Below are positions 19,584 through 29,152 of a stretch of 64,000 bases of DNA, piece after piece (the first letter of the stretch is position 1; every line of letters begins with the position of its first letter). The stretch lies in UHGV virus genome UHGV-0033546, one strand, 5' to 3'. The DNA is from a virus. The notes beneath the pieces were generated by a model. The model was not told the origin of the DNA, searched no databases, and saw nothing but the letters and a program-made list of their open reading frames with translations. The translations under genes were made by a program, and so were the position numbers.

Positions 19584-19866
19584 TCATATCCTCAATCTGC
19601 GATCTAGTAGTCTTCCAAAGAATACTAATGAGTTCATCGTTATATGGCTGTTTTAGAATATCCCGACTTTTCTTGATAGCATATTCGTATTGAGCAAAAT
19701 TATTATTTTCAGCTGCGATCTGAGCGTGCTTATAAAGACGGTTCAGTTCGCGTTTGTTTTTAGACAATAACTTATTTGCTTTTCTTTCTGCTTCAAGACG
19801 GTTCTTTTCTTCAATAGAAGAAATAAGCTTTTCCACTTCATCATTAATTTCGGGTTTATCAGTCAT
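19549..19866 (-). CDS. hypothetical coiled-coil protein, 105 aa
   Basis: Track ORF, charged helical sequence. Confidence 0.45.
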   Translation of the reverse strand: MTDKPEINDEVEKLISSIEEKNRLEAERKANKLLSKNKRELNRLYKHAQIAAENNNFAQYEYAIKKSRDILKQPYNDELISILWKTTRSQIEDMIDAYTRKIQAS

Positions 19867-19867
19867 A

Positions 19868-20086
19868 TTATTTCTCTAATATAAAATAAAAATCATCATC
19901 TGTTAAATGATACCGATAGTTTAATTCTACACCATTAGATTTAAAAGCGGTATCATACGGATTTTCTGGGTCAATATCAATGTCAAGAGCTAAAACTTCC
20001 CTGAGATACATTTTAAGTAAATAGGGAATAGCTTCAACTTCAGGTATTTCTTCCAAGAATCCGGAGAGGTTAATCGTTAGCCTCAT
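19868..20086 (-). CDS. hypothetical protein, 72 aa
   Basis: Track ORF directly downstream of gene 55. Confidence 0.45.
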
Positions 20087-20627
20087 ATAAAAAATCCAAA
20101 CTAGGAGAATCGTCTACAACACTTTTCTTTTCAGCCCCCGGTGTTCTATAGGTTGATTCTTCGTAATGCGTCATTTTATCGTAGATGTCTTGAATAAAAG
20201 TTTCATCTACTAACGCAACCATATCGTCGTCACGACTGTCATAGACATTGTGAACGAAGTAACTATATTTCTTTGCAACTTCCTTACGTTCTTTTTTAAT
20301 ACGTTGGACGAATGCATTAAAACAAGCTTGAGTTATATATGCATGTGGGTTTTTATATTTCGTTTCATCAAAATTATGAAGTCCCTTAATAGAAGCTTCT
20401 ATACCATCTGCAATCATTTCTTGTTTCCAAGATTGGGTGTATCCTGAAAAGTTGAAACGTTTAGATAAGCCTTCTGCAATAAGCATAATGGCTAATCCAA
20501 TAGTATCATTCTGACGAACTACTTTATTTGGGTCTTTATTATTTGCTAATTCTGTTTTCCAATCAATAATAGCTTGTAAAAGCTCTTTATTGTTTACGTA
20601 ATTATATTTAGGCTTAGTTTCTGACAT
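20070..20627 (-). CDS. 55: gp55 late-transcription sigma factor, 185 aa
   Basis: ATG at 20627 ([17 protein letters not shown]) with GAGGTG SD; matches T4 gp55. Confidence 0.9.
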
Positions 20628-20705
20628 TTTCACCTCTTAGCTCAATTCATAGATCTATTATATCATAATATTTGAAGATCTATCTTAAAGCATAGAGGAT
20701 ATCAG

Positions 20706-20975
20706 TTATCTAAGTAAACAGTATGCTTGGAACACTTTCTCCATCATCTTTTTAAATTCATGAATATCTATGTAATGACTAGTTAAATCAGCATGATATA
20801 AAAAGTCTAAAAACTTTTCATGTGTGCTAACATATTCACTTTCATTTAATTCAGAAACATGACTTTCCCAATATCCAACACCAGTCTTATTTGGGAAAAA
20901 TGAAATTTTCATGTATTGATCAACATAGAAAATGCCATAATTTTCAATAGTAATAGAAATATTAATAAATTTCAT
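20706..20975 (-). CDS. hypothetical protein, 89 aa
   Basis: Track ORF in small-gene block between nrdH-like and 55. Confidence 0.4.
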   Translation of the reverse strand: MKFINISITIENYGIFYVDQYMKISFFPNKTGVGYWESHVSELNESEYVSTHEKFLDFLYHADLTSHYIDIHEFKKMMEKVFQAYCLLR

Positions 20976-21193
20976 GCATTCATCAACTTAGCCGCTTCAA
21001 GAGCTGCATCTAGTGAATCAAATTGGTCAACGTATTCAATCAATTCGCCATAATTAGCGTATAACCACCATTGACTAAATTCATACTCAAGGATGAATCC
21101 GTTTCCTTCAATTTGAGTTAAACCAATGCCATTTGTATTTACTTCATATCCGGCAAGACGCAAATCGTTAATAAGAGCTTCGTTCATATTCAT
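20972..21193 (-). CDS. hypothetical protein, 73 aa
   Basis: Track ORF, 4-nt overlaps with neighbours. Confidence 0.4.
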   Translation of the reverse strand: MNMNEALINDLRLAGYEVNTNGIGLTQIEGNGFILEYEFSQWWLYANYGELIEYVDQFDSLDAALEAAKLMNA

Positions 21194-21516
21194 ACCTTAG
21201 CAATTTTCAGGTCAGCAAATTTTTTCTTGCGTTGATTTTTCATACGACGAATAGTTTTATCGGAAATTTCATGCTTTTGATAAGCTTTAGATTCTACGCC
21301 AAAAGCTTTAACATCAAATTCTGACAAGATATATTGAACCAACAATTCACGGACAGTATTTCGTCCAATCTTCTGATCATTCTGTTTCATCGTCTGATGA
21401 AGCTCTTTTTCCCATTTATCCAAAATTTGAGGAGTTACAATATCGCCTTTTTCTAGCAAAGAAACTACTTTATCATATGCGTAAGAATTGATGGCGTTTT
21501 TAATTTGAATAGTCAT
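21190..21516 (-). CDS. hypothetical protein, 108 aa
   Basis: Track ORF. Confidence 0.45.
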   Translation of the reverse strand: MTIQIKNAINSYAYDKVVSLLEKGDIVTPQILDKWEKELHQTMKQNDQKIGRNTVRELLVQYILSEFDVKAFGVESKAYQKHEISDKTIRRMKNQRKKKFADLKIAKV

Positions 21517-21554
21517 ACATTATCCTCAATTACATTAAAATTTTATTATCCAAA

Positions 21555-21570
21555 AAGGGCCGAAGCCCTT
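21555..21570 (-). terminator. hairpin with UUCG tetraloop
   Basis: + strand AAGGGC-CGAA-GCCCTT between two small ORFs; U-rich tail. Confidence 0.4.
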
Positions 21571-21769
21571 AACTAAACTGTTTGGCACCCTTCCAGCCTT
21601 CATACATCATTGCGGCTGATATTAATATTGCTCCTGAGCAACTTGAATATTTGTGATTCCAAAACCAATTTAGAAAAACTTCGTCATCAATACCTTGGGC
21701 TATCATATTTTCAAAGAACTGACGACGAGCTTCAGCAATTCGTTGCGATAATTTAGATTCAGGATTCAT
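21569..21769 (-). CDS. hypothetical protein, 66 aa
   Basis: Track ORF. Confidence 0.4.
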   Translation of the reverse strand: MNPESKLSQRIAEARRQFFENMIAQGIDDEVFLNWFWNHKYSSCSGAILISAAMMYEGWKGAKQFS

Positions 21770-21985
21770 TTAAATTTTCCAGTTACCATTTTCATCAATA
21801 AATTTAATCCAGTCATTTACTGACCACTTGGTCGTATCGCTTTTTGGAGTAACATTTAAAGTATATAACCCTTGTTTAAAAAGCATTCGTTTGATATTCA
21901 TATTTTCCTCAGCTGTAACGATAACACTCATTTGATTTACGTTTAGCAACTCGTTGAGAAGTATTATAATCAAAATCATCGTCAA
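21770..21985 (-). CDS. hypothetical protein, 71 aa (start uncertain; an internal ATG at 21901 avoids overlap)
   Basis: Track ORF overlapping the next by 76 nt. Confidence 0.3.
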   Translation of the reverse strand: MTMILIIILLNELLNVNQMSVIVTAEENMNIKRMLFKQGLYTLNVTPKSDTTKWSVNDWIKFIDENGNWKI

Positions 21986-22241
21986 TGTAAACAGATTTTT
22001 TCAATTTTCTTACTTCACCACGTAATTGACGATTTAGCTCATCTTTAACTTCTGAATCGATGCCTTTCATTCTACGCCATTTATCTGAGCGAAAAATGTT
22101 TTCAACCATATCTTTATGACTTACACCATCAGGAGCTTTACGCTTTCCAAAATAGTCATAATCACGAACTTTTAAGTCTTTACGACGATACGTTTTACCC
22201 ATGGAGTTTAATTTCCTTAGCAACTGAACTAAATACAGCAC
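21909..22241 (-). CDS. hypothetical basic protein, 110 aa (start uncertain)
   Basis: Track ORF. Confidence 0.35.
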   Translation of the reverse strand: MLYLVQLLRKLNSMGKTYRRKDLKVRDYDYFGKRKAPDGVSHKDMVENIFRSDKWRRMKGIDSEVKDELNRQLRGEVRKLKKSVYIDDDFDYNTSQRVAKRKSNECYRYS

Positions 22242-22401
22242 GATCGCAAATCAAGCGTTTATTCCATTTAAGTAAAGTATAGTGAACATCTAGATCATCT
22301 ACTGCTGTAACAATAACAATATGTCCATTAACACGATAATACTGATCTCTTTTAATCTCTTTATCAACCATATCAAATCCTCAAAGGCAATTCATATGTT
22401 A

Positions 22402-22430
22402 ATAATACCATAGTTTGAACTTGTTGTAAA
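22402..22430 (-). promoter_or_regulatory. early-type promoter: -35 TTTACA (22430-22425), spacer 17, -10 TATTAT (22407-22402)
   Basis: Minus-strand reading; AT-rich UP element; upstream of an unlisted 49-aa ORF (ATG 22372). Confidence 0.45.
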
Positions 22431-22512
22431 CAACTTTGTGAAAATTATTTTAGGTAATGATAAGAAAGGAACGATAGCTTAGAATGGTAATATACAGAAT
22501 GTGAGAAAGAAA

Positions 22513-22525
22513 GGCCCAGAGGGCC
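22513..22525 (-). terminator. short GC hairpin immediately after nrdH-like stop
   Basis: + strand GGCCC-AGA-GGGCC. Confidence 0.3.
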
Positions 22526-22529
22526 CGTC

Positions 22530-22853
22530 TTAATCTTCTATGATATCTCTATCATATCCAAGTGAAATGAGAGTTTCTTTGAAGTGTTTAATGTTCTTTT
22601 GTCTAGAATCATTAATGAAAATGACTGGATACCGAATGTTAAGAGATGTAAATCCAGCACGTTTAGCAAGAGATACAATCAGTGGACGATCATACTCAAT
22701 CTTACCATTATTTGTAAGAACTTTATAGAAAGTAAAAGGAGCATTGAGCTCCTTTAGAAGTTTTGTAACTGATTGACATCCAGGACAACGACCTACTTCA
22801 TCTGGAATTCCATAGACTTCAATCTTATTCTTTAAGTTCGAGTTTTGTTCCAC
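22530..22853 (-). CDS. NrdH-like glutaredoxin/thioredoxin-fold redoxin (CPGC active site)
   Basis: CxxC motif GRCPGC in a redoxin-length domain; no in-frame ATG, proposed GTG start at 22853 with AAGGA SD; track ORF extends to 22982. Confidence 0.5.
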   Translation of the reverse strand: MEQNSNLKNKIEVYGIPDEVGRCPGCQSVTKLLKELNAPFTFYKVLTNNGKIEYDRPLIVSLAKRAGFTSLNIRYPVIFINDSRQKNIKHFKETLISLGYDRDIIED

Positions 22854-23136
22854 GAGAAATAATTCCTTGATAAGCCCAATAAGGAGGATTAACAGAATCC
22901 TCACCAGAGTTTTCTTCAGGAAAATAAACTTGGATAACAAATCCAGATGCGTCAAAGGTAAAATAAACTGTAGGCAGTTCACCTAACAATTCGGCACGAG
23001 CATTAATTTCTTCAAGATCGGATTCACGCCCAGCCCAAAAACTAGGATTTAGACTACATTCGTAGAAATAATAGTCATTACCGAACATATCAAAACCATT
23101 CCAGCTTTCCACCACATAACGTTCAAAACTAATCAT
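22825..23136 (-). CDS. hypothetical protein, 103 aa
   Basis: Track ORF. Confidence 0.45.
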   Translation of the reverse strand: MISFERYVVESWNGFDMFGNDYYFYECSLNPSFWAGRESDLEEINARAELLGELPTVYFTFDASGFVIQVYFPEENSGEDSVNPPYWAYQGIISRGTKLELKE

Positions 23137-23138
23137 AA

Positions 23139-23354
23139 TTAATCCTTTTTATCAAGAACAGCATTCAGCTTGTTAGTAATTTTATCCAGACGCTCATTGA
23201 ACTCGCTAGAAGACAGTCCTTTTTCTGGAGAAATCAAACTAATTACGAAAAATATAACAATAAAAGGAATAAGGAAAATAGCTCCAACTGCCATAAACAA
23301 AAAGAATGTTACAGTTGTAAGAAAATCAGCTAAACCTTTACGAAATTTATACAT
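23139..23354 (-). CDS. small membrane protein, 71 aa
   Basis: Single long hydrophobic helix FLTTVTFFLFMAVGAIFLIPFIVIFFVISLI. Confidence 0.45.
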   Translation of the reverse strand: MYKFRKGLADFLTTVTFFLFMAVGAIFLIPFIVIFFVISLISPEKGLSSSEFNERLDKITNKLNAVLDKKD

Positions 23355-23469
23355 ATTTTACCCTTAATTGATTAACCAAGCATTGATAAGCACTAAACTA
23401 TACTGCGAATAAAATTCTGGACCAAAATGAAAAATCATATCATTTATAGTATCCATAATGTAATTCAAT

Positions 23470-23940
23470 TTAATCATGTTTCCACACCCCATTGGTATTT
23501 GACCAAAGCCGCTGATTATCTGATCCTCGCCACAGCTTTTTGGTCGGAAGATTTTTCTCATACTTCCCATCAATAATAACATCAACATATTTAAGCATTT
23601 CTAGTTGTTTAATATCTTCAAACTTATATCCTGTCCACAACCAAATGCTTTTATTTGGATAAAGATTTTTGATAGTTTGAACCACAGAGTGAATTACATC
23701 TCTATTATCAGGATAAAGAGGGTCACCTCCGGTTATAGTTAATCCTTCTATATAATCGTTATTCAAGCATTCAATTAATTGTTCCAGTGTTTCACCAGTG
23801 AATGGAATACCATTTCTAGCATTCCATGTTGATTTATTATAACACCCTTCGCATTTATGCAAACAACCTGTAACGAAAAGAACGGTCCTGCACCCAGGAC
23901 CATTAATAAAATCGCAAGGATAAATTCTATCGTAATTCAT
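23470..23940 (-). CDS. nrdG: NrdG anaerobic ribonucleotide reductase activase (radical SAM), 156 aa
   Basis: Cys cluster CLHKCEGC, 156 aa, ATGA-coupled to nrdD. Confidence 0.9.
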   Translation of the reverse strand: MNYDRIYPCDFINGPGCRTVLFVTGCLHKCEGCYNKSTWNARNGIPFTGETLEQLIECLNNDYIEGLTITGGDPLYPDNRDVIHSVVQTIKNLYPNKSIWLWTGYKFEDIKQLEMLKYVDVIIDGKYEKNLPTKKLWRGSDNQRLWSNTNGVWKHD

Positions 23941-25754
23941 TGATGCTTAACCCTATGCATGATTTCTTTATTTTTACCGAGATTAAATCCGCGTTCGTTC
24001 GGGTTTCCCAAATATCCGCATGTTCTTCTTATGGTATTCATCTTTTTAGGATCAGTTTCTCCACAAATAGAACAAACAAATCCGGTTTCAGTAGGAGTCA
24101 TTTCATGGGTACTTCCACATGTAAAACATTTATCTACTGGCATGTTAACACCAAAATAATCTAAATGTTGTGCAGCATAATCCCATACAGCCTCAAGACC
24201 TTTTAAGTTATTTTTCATATCAGGAAGTTCAACATAAGAAATGTGACCACCTGTTGCAATGAAATGATATGGTGCTTCACGAGAAATCTTTTCAAACGGG
24301 GTGATATTTTCTTCTACTGAAACGTGGAAACTGTTAGTGTACCAGCCTTTATCAGTAACATCCTTTACACTTCCATATTTTTCGGTATCAAGTTTACAGA
24401 AGCGATAACAAAGGTTTTCAGCGGGTGTAGAATACAAGCTAAAAGCAAAACCGGTTCTTTCAGTCCACTGCTTAAGATGAGCATTCATTTTAGTTAAAAT
24501 TTCCTGTCCAATATCACGACCAACAAGAATATTCAATTCATGAATACCAATGTATCCTAGAGACACTGAACTTCTGCCGTTTTTAAATAACTCAATTATA
24601 TCGTCATCAGGTTTAAGACGAACCCCGAATGCACCTTCTTGATAAAGAATAGGAGCAACAGTCGCTTTAACTCCTTTTAAGGAACTAATTCTACACATCA
24701 AAGCTTCAAAACACAAATCCATTCGCTCATTGAATAATTCAACAAATTTCTGTTCATTGAACTGTGTTCCAATATAAGAATCTAACGCAATGCGAGGAAG
24801 ATTCAGTGTTACAACACCAAGATTATTACGTCCATCAAGAATTTCATTACCAGTCGAATCTTTCCATACGCTCAAGAAACTACGGCAACCCATTGGAGAA
24901 ACAGGAACAGATGAACCAGTGATAGCTTTATTGTTCTTAGCTGAAATAATATCAGGATACATCCTTTTGCTTGCACACTCTAGAGCAAGCAGTTTAATAT
25001 CATAGTTCGGGTCGTCTTTATAAAGATTAACACCTTCTTCAACGAACATAACAAGCTTAGGGAAAATAGGAGTTATCCCATCACGACCAAGACCTTTAAT
25101 GCGATTTTTCAGAATTGCTTTCTGAATCATTCGTTCAGTCCAGTCAGTTCCCGTACCAAATGTAATTGTTACAAAAGGCGTTTGTCCGTTTGAACTAAAG
25201 AGAGTATTTACTTCATATTCATAAGCTTGGAATGCATCGTATACGTCTTTTTCTGTTTTAGATTGAGCATAATTTAACGCATCAGCGATTTGCCATTTTT
25301 CTGCATCCTCAATATGTTTTGCATAGGTGCGTTTAACATAAGGAGAAAGTACTTTATCTACATTCGCAAAAGTCGTTCCGCCATATTGGTGAGAAGCAAC
25401 CTGTGCAGTAATTTGTGCCATAATTGCAGTAGCAACGCCAATTGATTTAGGAGTTTCAATCTGTGCATTACCAAGCTTAAATCCGTTCTCAAGCATTCCT
25501 TTTAAATCTACTAAACAGCAATTAGTAAATGGAAGAGCAGGGGAATAATCAATATCGTGGAAATGAATAATTCCGCTTTCATGCGCTTTCATAATAAAAG
25601 ACGGGACCATATTTTTGGCAATGTGTTTAGACACAATACCAGCCATAAGGTCCCGTTGAGTTGGAAAAACACGAGAATCTTTATTAGCATTCTCGTTTAA
25701 AAGGTCTTTATTAGTTTTATGAATTAATCCTTCAATTTCTTTTTCAATTGTCAT
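23937..25754 (-). CDS. nrdD: NrdD anaerobic ribonucleoside-triphosphate reductase, 605 aa, uninterrupted
   Basis: Glycyl-radical C-terminus RRTCGYLG and Zn-ribbon CFTCG...CSICG; continuous 605-aa frame. Confidence 0.95.
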   Translation of the reverse strand: MTIEKEIEGLIHKTNKDLLNENANKDSRVFPTQRDLMAGIVSKHIAKNMVPSFIMKAHESGIIHFHDIDYSPALPFTNCCLVDLKGMLENGFKLGNAQIETPKSIGVATAIMAQITAQVASHQYGGTTFANVDKVLSPYVKRTYAKHIEDAEKWQIADALNYAQSKTEKDVYDAFQAYEYEVNTLFSSNGQTPFVTITFGTGTDWTERMIQKAILKNRIKGLGRDGITPIFPKLVMFVEEGVNLYKDDPNYDIKLLALECASKRMYPDIISAKNNKAITGSSVPVSPMGCRSFLSVWKDSTGNEILDGRNNLGVVTLNLPRIALDSYIGTQFNEQKFVELFNERMDLCFEALMCRISSLKGVKATVAPILYQEGAFGVRLKPDDDIIELFKNGRSSVSLGYIGIHELNILVGRDIGQEILTKMNAHLKQWTERTGFAFSLYSTPAENLCYRFCKLDTEKYGSVKDVTDKGWYTNSFHVSVEENITPFEKISREAPYHFIATGGHISYVELPDMKNNLKGLEAVWDYAAQHLDYFGVNMPVDKCFTCGSTHEMTPTETGFVCSICGETDPKKMNTIRRTCGYLGNPNERGFNLGKNKEIMHRVKHQ

Positions 25755-26224
25755 TTTAAACTCTTTCTAAGCTGCTTCTTAAATGAAGCTATTAATTGTG
25801 TTTTGGTGTCAGATTCATTATATTCAAATCCTCTTTGAAGCATCTCAGCCATCATTTCCTCTTTTCCTAAACGAGAAAATTCCTTTGATTTATCTCCAAC
25901 GAAGTTAGGGTGAATATTATTTTGGGTGTAATCGGATTTTAAATAAGTAAGTAAATTTTCTAACCATTCAAGATAATCAACGCCTTGTCCCTTTAAGCCA
26001 GAACGATTAAATTTGTGTTTCATTTGACCTTCCGCAGCATTACATAAATTACAAAGCAATCCACGTACCTTTCCCGCTTTTGGTCCATTTAATTCATGGT
26101 CATGGTCGAGGTGATTAGCTTGAACATCAGGATTTAGTTCTCGTTGGCAAATTAAGCATTTACCGTTTTGTGCATCATAAAATTTCTGTTTTTCTTCTTT
26201 GTATAATTTGCCAGTCAATAACAT
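25751..26224 (-). CDS. 49: gp49 endonuclease VII (Holliday junction resolvase), 157 aa
   Basis: 157 aa, Zn-binding CLIC...CNLC with HLDHDH motif; matches T4 endo VII. Confidence 0.85.
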   Translation of the reverse strand: MLLTGKLYKEEKQKFYDAQNGKCLICQRELNPDVQANHLDHDHELNGPKAGKVRGLLCNLCNAAEGQMKHKFNRSGLKGQGVDYLEWLENLLTYLKSDYTQNNIHPNFVGDKSKEFSRLGKEEMMAEMLQRGFEYNESDTKTQLIASFKKQLRKSLK

Positions 26225-26272
26225 AATAAACCCTTACCTTAAATAGATAAGGGTATTTATTATTTTCAAGTA

Positions 26273-26737
26273 TTAAAATGCTCGGTCAGAAAAAGAAATT
26301 TGAGTTTCAAGCCATTCAATATATTCTGCCGCGGCTTGCATTAAATTTCCTTCATAATCATCAATATCTTTTTTCAACGCCGATTTAGATAATGCGTATG
26401 AAATGCGTTCACCCTGAAATCCAGCTTTAGGCTTCTGAACAACTTGATTAGTTCGCTCTACAACTTCTTCAATTTCGCCATTTTCTGCTGATTCAGTATT
26501 CCACAAGCACCAATACGTAATTGGCTTATCGTAGATATTAATAATCTTTCCATCAGAAAGTTCAATTTCAATAATTCCAGTATCAGGTTCTATATCATCT
26601 TCGCATTCTTTTGCAAGTTCACGAACTTTAAAGACAGTACCTGCACTAAGTTCCGGCCAGTAATTACACAGCCCTTTATCAGCACGATTAATTCTAAACC
26701 ACTTATCTACTGCAATCATATCCCATCTCCATATCAA
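26273..26737 (-). CDS. hypothetical protein, 154 aa (pin-locus position)
   Basis: Track ORF downstream of 49; function not supported by sequence alone. Confidence 0.45.
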   Translation of the reverse strand: MIWRWDMIAVDKWFRINRADKGLCNYWPELSAGTVFKVRELAKECEDDIEPDTGIIEIELSDGKIINIYDKPITYWCLWNTESAENGEIEEVVERTNQVVQKPKAGFQGERISYALSKSALKKDIDDYEGNLMQAAAEYIEWLETQISFSDRAF

Positions 26738-26842
26738 TTAAGTCGTTTATCGTTGGTTCATTATATACTGTTTCTTCATCAGTGTAAACCGGTTCTTCCG
26801 GCTCTGGCTCTACTGTTTCCCATCTAGCCGCCCACCAAGGTT

Positions 26843-27190
26843 TTATAGCGTAATCCATTCTCGTATTGTCTGAGTTACTACACGTTCACGGGGCTCGACT
26901 AGTTCAACAGTCGGAACTGCATAATACCAGTCAGAATGGTAAGAACCTGAGCGAGTTTCATTTACGGAAACATGTACATTGTGTTTTGGACTAAAATAAA
27001 CACACTGACGATATTGGCATTTACCATCTTGCACCCAGTCTTCTATTTCGATAGGTTTAAGATAATCCGAAAAATCAAAATCATAGTTTTCTGAAAATGC
27101 ATCATGGTCTTCAATGATTTCATTCAGAACTGCATCAACATCGTAAATCATATTTACCCCAGTTTGACTATACAATCGCCATATTTCCAT
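26843..27190 (-). CDS. hypothetical protein, 115 aa
   Basis: Track ORF. Confidence 0.4.
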   Translation of the reverse strand: MEIWRLYSQTGVNMIYDVDAVLNEIIEDHDAFSENYDFDFSDYLKPIEIEDWVQDGKCQYRQCVYFSPKHNVHVSVNETRSGSYHSDWYYAVPTVELVEPRERVVTQTIREWITL

Positions 27191-27369
27191 TTAGAAATAG
27201 ACTTTTCACCATTAGAATAATAAACTTCAAGTTTAGCACGGTTATTTTTAATTTGAATAACCTTGGCTGTCATCAAAGTTCCATACCCATAATAAACTGC
27301 AACCTCATCACCTACATATACCGCGCTTCCGCGGTAGTCATGGATATAATCAGTTTCTTCGAGCATCAT
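27154..27369 (-). CDS. hypothetical protein, 71 aa
   Basis: Track ORF. Confidence 0.4.
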   Translation of the reverse strand: MMLEETDYIHDYRGSAVYVGDEVAVYYGYGTLMTAKVIQIKNNRAKLEVYYSNGEKSISKWKYGDCIVKLG

Positions 27370-27629
27370 TTAAAGTATTCCCGCAATTGGTCAAATCCAC
27401 CGATATGACTTCCATCAGGAGCAAATACCTGAGGCATCGTCAAACCGATTTGAGTATCACGACCTAGTTTGGTCAGAAGCTCAGCGATTTTCTCATCATC
27501 AAAAACACCTTTTTCTGGCATAATATTGATAAATTCAAACGGCTGTTTCTTCACGGTCAGAAGACGCTTTGCATTATCGCAATACACGCATTTATGGATG
27601 TTGCTATCATAACCATATACTTTAAACAT
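27366..27629 (-). CDS. nrdC: NrdC thioredoxin/glutaredoxin, 87 aa
   Basis: CVYC active site, 87 aa, matches T4 NrdC as recalled. Confidence 0.85.
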   Translation of the reverse strand: MFKVYGYDSNIHKCVYCDNAKRLLTVKKQPFEFINIMPEKGVFDDEKIAELLTKLGRDTQIGLTMPQVFAPDGSHIGGFDQLREYFK

Positions 27630-27630
27630 A

Positions 27631-27873
27631 TTATTCCTTAATTCCTAGTACTTGTTTAAAAGTCTCATCGTAATCAAGACTTTGGCCTGTTTGTTCTTTA
27701 TGTTTGTATATAATATCACTTACTTCTGATAGCATATTTTTATATGAACGAGTTAAAGCAGATTTAAGAACGCTGTATCTATCAGGAAATTTACCATGTT
27801 CATTATAATAAGCTATTGCTAATTCACGGACTGCCTTTTCAGCAGTCTCCATATATTCTTTACGCTTTGTCAT
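27631..27873 (-). CDS. hypothetical protein, 80 aa
   Basis: Track ORF. Confidence 0.45.
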
Positions 27874-28177
27874 TTTCTTCTCGGTTAAATCGGTGTTTGC
27901 AATGACGGCATTTATAACGAAGAATACTAGTCTGCCAATGAATTAATTGAACCTGTTCAGTACCGCATTCAGGACAATTAGGAACGTTTTTAGAAGCCCT
28001 TTCACGACGTTCAACCATAACCATAATAGCATCCCAGGCTGGAGGTTTAAAATCTAAATCATCACAACCATGAATCTTTCCACGCATTTCCAGATCGTCT
28101 TCTTCACCCGCTATAATAATTTTAATTAGACTGGAATTACTTGAAGCTGCAATATCTTCTAATAGACGCTTTTTCAT
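27860..28177 (-). CDS. zinc-ribbon protein, 105 aa
   Basis: CPECG...CRHCKH four-Cys ribbon. Confidence 0.45.
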
Positions 28178-29100
28178 TTCAATACCTCAATAGCATTACG
28201 TAAACCATTTGCTTTGGTGGTTAAAGCCTTAAGAACTTTGGTATGCTCTTCAATTTGTTTTTCAACTTCAATCAAACGAGCATTGAGATATTCGCGTTCT
28301 TCTTTCATAGTATCATTCCCATGATTGAATTTTGGCGTAGGTTTAAATTCGCTGGGGTCCTTTAACTTAATAACAAATTTAGTTTCAAACAGTGAAAGAC
28401 CATAATTCGTATTATCATCAAAGGATTCAACTACATCCATATTAGATAATAACTCACGCAAATTATAAGCCAAAGAACTAATAGTTTCATTGTGTTTATT
28501 AGCTTCGCGCGGTTTCATATACGGAAGATTTTTATATATCTCGTGCGGAGCACAAACAATAATTGACAATTCAAATTGTCCATTCTGGGATGATGGAGTG
28601 AATTTAGCAGTAACCCAGTCTTTTACATTCACATTAATAGTACGGTTATCACCATGACAAAACAGTCTACGAGAATGCTTAAAAAGCATATTAACGTTCT
28701 CATTAAATTCACTTGAAAACTCACTAGCGAATTTTTCTTTACTATTTTTAGAAAACCATTCTTCTAAATAAGTTCTTTTCACGTCATTAATAATATTAAA
28801 TGTAACAACACTAGCATTTGATATATTAGTCTCAATGTAGCTCGGATACATAAATTTTTTAACATTATTAACAGCTATCACAGAAGATAGTAATCGGGAA
28901 CGTTTGAACCACTCGAGCAAAGAACCAAGAGAATGTGAATACGCATTTTGTGTATCTTTACAAATATGGTTTTCCCATCCAATATAGTCTAAAAAATCAC
29001 GAAGAATATTATTGATTACTGCTCTGTGTCCTATCTGATAATTACGATGTTTAGTAATAAGACTGTCAAAATAATCAATATAATGTTTACGAGTTTTCAT
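28174..29100 (-). CDS. hypothetical protein with C-terminal coiled coil, 308 aa (paralog array member 1)
   Basis: ATG at 29100; C-terminal heptad-like helix; N-terminus MKTR... resembles array member 3. Confidence 0.5.
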   Translation of the reverse strand: MKTRKHYIDYFDSLITKHRNYQIGHRAVINNILRDFLDYIGWENHICKDTQNAYSHSLGSLLEWFKRSRLLSSVIAVNNVKKFMYPSYIETNISNASVVTFNIINDVKRTYLEEWFSKNSKEKFASEFSSEFNENVNMLFKHSRRLFCHGDNRTINVNVKDWVTAKFTPSSQNGQFELSIIVCAPHEIYKNLPYMKPREANKHNETISSLAYNLRELLSNMDVVESFDDNTNYGLSLFETKFVIKLKDPSEFKPTPKFNHGNDTMKEEREYLNARLIEVEKQIEEHTKVLKALTTKANGLRNAIEVLK

Positions 29101-29152
29101 ATTCTTCTCACTTGGTTAATGATTTATGCTCCAAGCCATCCTTGGCTTTAAA

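Noticed and set aside
23364-23588. 74-aa minus-strand ORF overlapping the 3' end of nrdG
   Set aside because: Mostly nested in the nrdG frame; only a 30-40 aa tail is outside it; no conserved features.
23937-25754. Group I intron or intron-encoded endonuclease in nrdD
   Set aside because: The nrdD frame is continuous for 605 aa with intact catalytic motifs; no intron-like non-coding insert.
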